64,000 nt of DNA from the NCBI GenBank assembly GCA_002701365.1, contig NZUK01000009.1, positions 42,503 to 106,502 of the forward strand, written 5' to 3'. Below are positions 58,760 to 64,000 of this stretch, in pieces. The position numbers and the translations under genes are program-made. Numbering within the stretch: the stretch's first letter is position 1; every line of letters begins with the position of its first letter. Below the pieces are notes generated by a model. That model was given only the letters and a program-made list of their open reading frames with translations. It was not told the DNA's origin and made no database searches. This stretch comes from Flavobacteriales bacterium. Its GTDB lineage: Bacteria > Bacteroidota > Bacteroidia > Flavobacteriales > TMED113.

Positions 58760-60043
58760 TTGAACATTTTTAAAACATTTATTTTTCGATCTTTTATTAA
58801 ACCTTTTTTTTTAACATTCGCAATAGTTATTGTCATTTTGTTAATGCAATTTCTATGGAAATATATAGATGACTTAATCGGTAAAGGTTTAGAATTAAGT
58901 ATTGTTTTTGAATTATTATGGTACTCTAGTATAACTCTCATTCCACTAGCATTACCATTAGCAGTTCTACTTTCATCTATGATGCTGACTGGACAATTGT
59001 CAGAAAAATCCGAATTAACCGCAATTAACTCTATAGGCAGACCTTTTACTTATATTATGGGACCATTATTATTATTTAGTTTTTTTATTGCCTTATGTTC
59101 TTTTTTAATTTCAAATTATTCTATCCCTTATGCAAATCTAAAAGCAAGTACTTTAATGTATGACATTATGAAAAAAAAATTAAATATTAATATAAAAGAA
59201 AAAGTTTTTTTTTCTGAAATTGAAGGTTATAGCATAAGAGTTAATGAAAAAGAAGGGGATGAAGTTTTAAAAGATATTATCATATATGACTATACACAAA
59301 ATAATGGTGTCAAAAAAGTATTTATTGCTGAAAGTGGCAAAATGTCAATTAATAACGAAAACAATAGATTATTTATCTCACTGTATAATGGACAAAGTTA
59401 TAATGATATCATTAGTGATGATCAAGAGTACAACATAAAAACAAAGTTTTATCAATATAATTTAGCTTTAGACTTATCTGCCTTTAAAATGGAAAGAACA
59501 GATTTAGATAGATTTAGCAATAGAGCTAAAACTATGAACATCTCACAACTAATCAATAATATTGATTCACTCAATAATAATATAACTTACTTACAAAATC
59601 AAATCCTGTTAAACTTCATTGATTATAATCAAATATATTCAAATCAAAAAAAGAATAAAATATCTAACATAAAAGATGTTAAAAAATTAATAAACAATCA
59701 CAATAATCAAGAAAAACTAATTATAAAAAAAATCAACAAGTTTGAGGTAGAAAAACATAGAAAATGGACACTATCTTTGGCATGCTTGATAATGTTGATT
59801 ATAGGTGCTCCTATTGGTGCAATAATTAAGAAAGGTGGATTTGGCTTACCTGTTGTATTTTCGATATTTTTGTTTTTAATATATCACATAATGTCTATTA
59901 CTGGTGAGAAAATGGTAAAAAAAGATGTTATTGAACCAGTTCTAGGGATGTGGACACCCTCTATCATTATGTTGTTTATTGGTCTTTATTTAATTGTTAT
60001 TGTTAATAATAATTACTTTGAAAAAATATGGCTAAAAAGGTAG
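58760..60043 (+). CDS. LptF/LptG family LPS export permease (YjgP/YjgQ)
   Basis: 427 aa. The N-terminus FKTFIFRSFIKPFFLTFAIVIVILLM is followed by three TM segments, a periplasmic beta-jellyroll-like insert and three C-terminal TM segments. TTG start. Confidence 0.8.
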   Translation: MNIFKTFIFRSFIKPFFLTFAIVIVILLMQFLWKYIDDLIGKGLELSIVFELLWYSSITLIPLALPLAVLLSSMMLTGQLSEKSELTAINSIGRPFTYIMGPLLLFSFFIALCSFLISNYSIPYANLKASTLMYDIMKKKLNINIKEKVFFSEIEGYSIRVNEKEGDEVLKDIIIYDYTQNNGVKKVFIAESGKMSINNENNRLFISLYNGQSYNDIISDDQEYNIKTKFYQYNLALDLSAFKMERTDLDRFSNRAKTMNISQLINNIDSLNNNITYLQNQILLNFIDYNQIYSNQKKNKISNIKDVKKLINNHNNQEKLIIKKINKFEVEKHRKWTLSLACLIMLIIGAPIGAIIKKGGFGLPVVFSIFLFLIYHIMSITGEKMVKKDVIEPVLGMWTPSIIMLFIGLYLIVIVNNNYFEKIWLKR

Positions 60044-61197
60044 ATATACTCATTATAACAAATAAGCAAGTGATTCCCGCAACAGATGGTGGGGCATTAG
60101 CAATGAAGAAACTATCATCTATATTAAATGAGAAAAAATACTCTATTAATATGGTCTGTATATCTAAAAACAATAAATCTATAGATATATTAAAAACAAC
60201 ATCTCTGATAAGTGAAACATTCAAACAAGTAGTGTTTCAAAAAAACATGAAATTTAATTTAATAAATTTCATGATTAGTATTATTAAGAATACTTCATAT
60301 CAGGCCAGTAGATTTTATGACTATCAAATACAAAAACATATTCAAGATTCAATTGATAAAAAAAAATATAGAATTATAATATTTGAAAGTATATTTGCGT
60401 GTATATATTTGGAAAAATTAAATATTCCCAGAGATACAAAAACTGTGTTTAGAGCACATAATATTGAACATAAAATATGGACAGACTTAGCTAATAGTAG
60501 TTTTAAAAAAATACTATATAAATTATTAGCCAGGCAAATCAAAAAGATGGAAATGAACGTGCCAAAAAAGATGAACTACATTCTTACCTTGTCTCAAAAT
60601 GATAAAAAATTTTTTTATAATTTATTCCCAAACAAAACATATAATCTCCCTGTTCATTTTACTGTCAAAAATCATAAAACGCAAAAAATAAAAAATAGTA
60701 TATTTCACCTAGGTGCTATGGATTGGAAACCAAATGCAGAAGGTATAAATTGGTTTTTAAATCAAGTTGCACCTTTAGTTCACAAAAAAACACGAATTTA
60801 TATTGCAGGTAAAGGAATAGGTTCAAAATACAATATTTATAAAAAAGATAATATATTAATAGAGGGTAAAATTAAAGATGCTAATGATTATATTGCAAGT
60901 AAAGAAATTTTATTTGTCCCAATATTCTCAGGAAGTGGAATAAGAATAAAAATACTAGAAGCAATGGCAATGGGCATTCCAGTAATTAGCACTAAACATG
61001 GTGCAGTAGGAATTCCATATATTAATGGTTATAATATATTAATTGCCGACACTGTAAAAGATTTTGCGCAAGCAATTAATAAATTAGTGCGAAACAAACA
61101 ACTTGCAAAAAAAATAGGCAATAATGGAAAAAAAATAATTCAAAAACACTTCTCTAAAAATTATGTTAGTTCTAAATGGGAAAAAATCATAAACTAA
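60028..61197 (+). CDS. Glycosyltransferase family 4 (GT-B, RfaB-like)
   Basis: 389 aa. N-terminus VIPATDGGALAM. C-terminus [28 protein letters not shown]. The start overlaps the lptF/G end by 16 nt. Confidence 0.85.
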   Translation: MAKKVDILIITNKQVIPATDGGALAMKKLSSILNEKKYSINMVCISKNNKSIDILKTTSLISETFKQVVFQKNMKFNLINFMISIIKNTSYQASRFYDYQIQKHIQDSIDKKKYRIIIFESIFACIYLEKLNIPRDTKTVFRAHNIEHKIWTDLANSSFKKILYKLLARQIKKMEMNVPKKMNYILTLSQNDKKFFYNLFPNKTYNLPVHFTVKNHKTQKIKNSIFHLGAMDWKPNAEGINWFLNQVAPLVHKKTRIYIAGKGIGSKYNIYKKDNILIEGKIKDANDYIASKEILFVPIFSGSGIRIKILEAMAMGIPVISTKHGAVGIPYINGYNILIADTVKDFAQAINKLVRNKQLAKKIGNNGKKIIQKHFSKNYVSSKWEKIIN

Positions 61198-62364
61198 GTG
61201 AATAGAAAAAAAATTATTATTATAACTTCTAGATTTCCTTTTCCATTGGATAAAGGTGATAAATTAAGAATCTATTATCAAATAAAATACTTATCAAAAC
61301 ATCACAACATATATCTTATTTCATTAAATACTGAAAATAGCATTAACACACATCAAATAAAAGAATTAAAAAAGTATTGTCAAGAAATTTTTGTGATAAA
61401 AATCAGCTTAATTAGCAGAATCTATAATATGTTAAAATCATTAATGATTCAAGAACCTATCCAGGTGGGTTATTTTTACTCGAAAAAAGCACATTTAAAA
61501 GTTGATCAAATAATTAAAAAAATCAATCCTGACTGGTGTTATACGCAACTAATTAGAACTGCAAAATACATCACAAAAACAGAGAACAATGTGATTGATT
61601 ACATGGATGCTTTTTCAAAAGGCATAGAAAGAAGAATTATTGACTTCCCCTTTTTCATCCAACCAATTATTAAAAGAGAATATAGAATCACAAAAGAATT
61701 TGAATGTAGAATTTTTAATAATTTCAAACAACACACTATTATTACAAAAAATGATCAAAATCATATTGTTCACGATAAAAATAAAAGTATTAATATTATT
61801 CCTAATGGTGTTGATACAACATATTTTTATCCGAATAATGAAATTGAAAAAAAATATGACATAGTATTTGTAGGCAACATGAGTTACCCACCAAATATAA
61901 AAGCTGCTATTTACTTGTGTGAAAAAATCGTGCCTATTATTAAGCAAAAACATGCCAACTGTCAAGTATTAATTGCTGGCACTAACCCACATCCAAAAAT
62001 ACAAAAACTTAAGAGTAGTAATATAACCATTTCTGGCTGGGTTGAAGACATTAGAGAAACTTATGCCTCAGGTAAAGTGTTTGTGGCACCAATGTATATT
62101 GGAACTGGGTTGCAAAATAAGTTATTAGAGGCAATGGCCATGGGAATCCCTTGTATTACAACTGAATTAGCTAATAAAGCATTATTAGCTAATGAGAAAC
62201 AAATAAAAATTGCTAAAACACCACTAGATTTTGCGAATAAGTTTATGGAAATTTTAAACAATAAAACAGTAGCAAATAATTTACAAAAAGAAGGACTAAA
62301 ATTTATTGAGAAAAAATATGATTGGAAAAAAATTAATGATAAATTGAGTAAATTATTTAAATAA
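61198..62364 (+). CDS. Glycosyltransferase family 4 (GT-B), paralogue-like neighbour
   Basis: 388 aa. Motifs: [12 protein letters not shown] and [21 protein letters not shown]. The GTG start directly follows the previous stop (taaGTG). Confidence 0.85.
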   Translation: MNRKKIIIITSRFPFPLDKGDKLRIYYQIKYLSKHHNIYLISLNTENSINTHQIKELKKYCQEIFVIKISLISRIYNMLKSLMIQEPIQVGYFYSKKAHLKVDQIIKKINPDWCYTQLIRTAKYITKTENNVIDYMDAFSKGIERRIIDFPFFIQPIIKREYRITKEFECRIFNNFKQHTIITKNDQNHIVHDKNKSINIIPNGVDTTYFYPNNEIEKKYDIVFVGNMSYPPNIKAAIYLCEKIVPIIKQKHANCQVLIAGTNPHPKIQKLKSSNITISGWVEDIRETYASGKVFVAPMYIGTGLQNKLLEAMAMGIPCITTELANKALLANEKQIKIAKTPLDFANKFMEILNNKTVANNLQKEGLKFIEKKYDWKKINDKLSKLFK

Positions 62365-62369
62365 CAAAT

Positions 62370-63572
62370 ATGACTTATCAATTAAATAAAATATCAGACG
62401 CGATTGAAGAAATAAAAAAAGGCAATTTAGTAATAGTTGTCGATGATGAAAATCGTGAAAATGAAGGAGACTTTGTAGCTGCAGCAGAAAAAGCAACACC
62501 TGAAATGATTAATTTTATGGCTACACATGGAAGAGGTTTGATTTGTGTTCCAATACTTCAAGAAAGATGTAATGAACTAGATCTAGATCTAATGGTAGGT
62601 AAAAATACTGATCCAATGAAAACTCAATTTACAGTTTCTGTTGATAAATTAGGAGAAGATTGTACGACCGGTATATCTGCATATGATAGATGCCAAACAG
62701 TAAAAGCACTAGCTGACCCTAAAACTCAGACAGAGGAGTTATCTAGGCCAGGACATATATTCCCATTAAAATCAATGGAGGGCGGAGTTATTAGGAGAGC
62801 GGGACATACTGAAGCAGCAGTCGATTTAGCAAAACTAGCTAAACTCACACCCTGTGGTGTAATTGTTGAGGTCATGAATAAAGATGGAAGCATGGCCAAA
62901 CTTCCTGACCTATTTAAAATAGCAAAGAAGTATAAATTGAAAATTATTTCCATAGAAGATTTAATTGCATACAGATTAAAAAACGAATCTTTAATAAAGA
63001 AGGAAGTTGAAATTGATTTGCCAACTAAATATGGACAGTTTAAATTAATTGCATACAAACAAATTAATACAAATGAAGAACATTTAGCCATAATTAAAGG
63101 CAAATGGAAGAAAGATGAGCCAATTCTTGCCAGAGTGCATTCTTCTTGCTTCACAGGGGATATATTGGGGTCATTAAAATGTGATTGTGGAGATCAATTA
63201 ACATTAGCATTACAGCAAATAGAAAAAGAAGGTAAAGGTATCGTATTATACATGAATCAAGAAGGTAGAGGTATAGGGTTGTTTAATAAACTTAAATCAT
63301 ATCGTCTACAAGAGAAAGGTTTAGATACAGTAGAAGCAAATGTCAAGCTAGGTTTCAAAATAGATCAGAGAGATTACGGTGTTGGGGCACAAATTCTTAG
63401 AGATCTAGGAGCCTCTAAATTAAAATTATTAACTAACAACCCAACTAAAAGAACTGGCCTTAACTCATATGGCATTGAAATTGTTGAAAATGTTCCAATA
63501 ATTACAGAACCAAACAAGCACAATAAACAATATCTTTTAACAAAAAAAAATAAAATGCAACATAAAATTTAA
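62370..63572 (+). CDS. ribBA: Bifunctional 3,4-dihydroxy-2-butanone-4-phosphate synthase / GTP cyclohydrolase II
   Basis: DHBPS motifs: [14 protein letters not shown] and [17 protein letters not shown] zinc motifs: [23 protein letters not shown] and QEGRGIGL. Confidence 0.95.
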   Translation: MTYQLNKISDAIEEIKKGNLVIVVDDENRENEGDFVAAAEKATPEMINFMATHGRGLICVPILQERCNELDLDLMVGKNTDPMKTQFTVSVDKLGEDCTTGISAYDRCQTVKALADPKTQTEELSRPGHIFPLKSMEGGVIRRAGHTEAAVDLAKLAKLTPCGVIVEVMNKDGSMAKLPDLFKIAKKYKLKIISIEDLIAYRLKNESLIKKEVEIDLPTKYGQFKLIAYKQINTNEEHLAIIKGKWKKDEPILARVHSSCFTGDILGSLKCDCGDQLTLALQQIEKEGKGIVLYMNQEGRGIGLFNKLKSYRLQEKGLDTVEANVKLGFKIDQRDYGVGAQILRDLGASKLKLLTNNPTKRTGLNSYGIEIVENVPIITEPNKHNKQYLLTKKNKMQHKI

Positions 63573-63589
63573 TATGATTTATTTAAAAT

Positions 63590-64000
63590 CTAAGGAGATT
63601 CATTTTTCTTAAATAATTCTTTGAAACTATTAAATTGTTTTTTAAAAAAAATCCCAAAACCCTGCTCGTAACCTAGAGACTCTGATAGTGGATCATAATC
63701 CTGAGTCCTATTAAACACTTTTAATTTTAATCTACCATCTTTAAAAAAATCATATTCAATATCTAAATCACCAACAATGTTTGCTTCAGTTTGCTCAGGA
63801 GGTGTACCTACATTGCCATTTATAACAACTCTATCGTCTAAGAATTTTTTACTAACTGCTAGTTCAACTTGTTGATAACTTAATGAATCTCCAGTTCCTG
63901 GAATCCACTTAAAACCAAGATCAAAGGCATCAGTAGTCTGAGAAAGCCAATTAGACAATTGATTAGATAATAATTCTGTCCCCGTAGTGGCAAGAGTATT
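63590..64000 (-). CDS. tamB: Translocation/assembly module TamB-like protein, C-terminal fragment (gene start lies beyond right edge)
   Basis: The reverse frame stays open through position 64000: my translation upstream of the track start reads NTLATTGTELLSNQ. The C-terminus ...INGNVGTP...IVGDLDIEYDFFKDGRLKLKVFNRTQDY...GYEQGFGIFFKKQF resembles the DUF490/TamB C-terminus of Flavobacteriia. Confidence 0.6.
   Translation of the reverse strand, partial: NTLATTGTELLSNQLSNWLSQTTDAFDLGFKWIPGTGDSLSYQQVELAVSKKFLDDRVVINGNVGTPPEQTEANIVGDLDIEYDFFKDGRLKLKVFNRTQDYDPLSESLGYEQGFGIFFKKQFNSFKELFKKNESP

Noticed and set aside
26136-61200. Apparent excess of non-ATG starts: TTG for hutH, resB, mutL, rhomboid-2, lptF/G and possibly M49; GTG for recR and the second GT4
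   Set aside because: Roughly 6-8 of about 55 genes is within the normal bacterial range, and TTG is expected to be favoured in AT-rich genomes. I treat this as an annotation detail, not a recoding phenomenon.
62365-62369. Looked for an FMN riboswitch upstream of ribBA
   Set aside because: Only 5 nt separate ribBA from the upstream GT4 stop, so there is no room for an RFN element.
61615-62381. Antisense and alternative-frame ORFs (61615-61965, 61640-61864, 62061-62381) within the second GT4 gene
   Set aside because: All are embedded in the GT4 frame, which shows the conserved EAMAMGIP core. Their translations are low-complexity.
62726-63154. 142-aa ORF antisense to ribBA
   Set aside because: The ribBA frame is unambiguous, so this is an antisense artefact.
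1-64000. Scanned for CRISPR arrays, rRNA, insertion sequences, toxin-antitoxin pairs and known defence genes
   Set aside because: I noticed no regularly spaced direct repeats outside the adhesin coding repeats. There are no nuclease, helicase or methylase clusters and no transposase-like ORFs. The window is essentially core chromosome plus T9SS cargo.

Overview
This is a very AT-rich (roughly 30% GC by eye), tightly packed chromosomal segment of a Bacteroidota / Flavobacteriia-type genome. Supporting evidence: type A and type B T9SS C-terminal sorting domains, PorD/DUF4835, BamD-RpoZ-CoaBC-PorD-RecN synteny, bacillithiol BshB1, System II cytochrome c maturation, and exact TAnnTTTG -7 promoter boxes. 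I count about 55 protein genes, one tRNA-Met(CAU), one frameshifted gene and three candidate small ORFs below the ORF-track cutoff. Most of the window is housekeeping: gyrA, clpC, fabI, recN, coaBC, rpoZ, bamD, pckA, rsmE, hutH, hisS, recR, a 2-oxoacid dehydrogenase E2, bshB1, ccsA/resB, kdsC, maf, mutL, two rhomboids, lptF/G, ribBA and the tamB C-terminus. I saw no CRISPR array, rRNA, transposase, integrase or recognisable defence genes. The accessory content is secreted T9SS cargo. The most unusual locus is 19421-24034 (minus strand). It holds a 1220-aa mosaic T9SS protein with an apparently intact animal-type lysyl-oxidase (LOX) copper amine-oxidase domain, plus thrombospondin-type-3 and dockerin-like calcium modules. 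A T9SS-secreted type-1 copper (cupredoxin) protein follows 6 nt downstream. I propose the pair as an uncharacterised extracellular copper-dependent oxidase unit; the domain family itself is not new, only the architecture and context. Other points of interest are a PNGase F-like gene divergent from a FucP-type transporter at the left edge, a type B T9SS adhesin with 3 x 252-bp tandem repeats, an nhaC gene broken by a T10 homopolymer, two tandem GT4 glycosyltransferases between lptF/G and ribBA, and several unannotated small ORFs. All homology statements rest on motif recognition by eye and on remembered family sequences, not on database searches.
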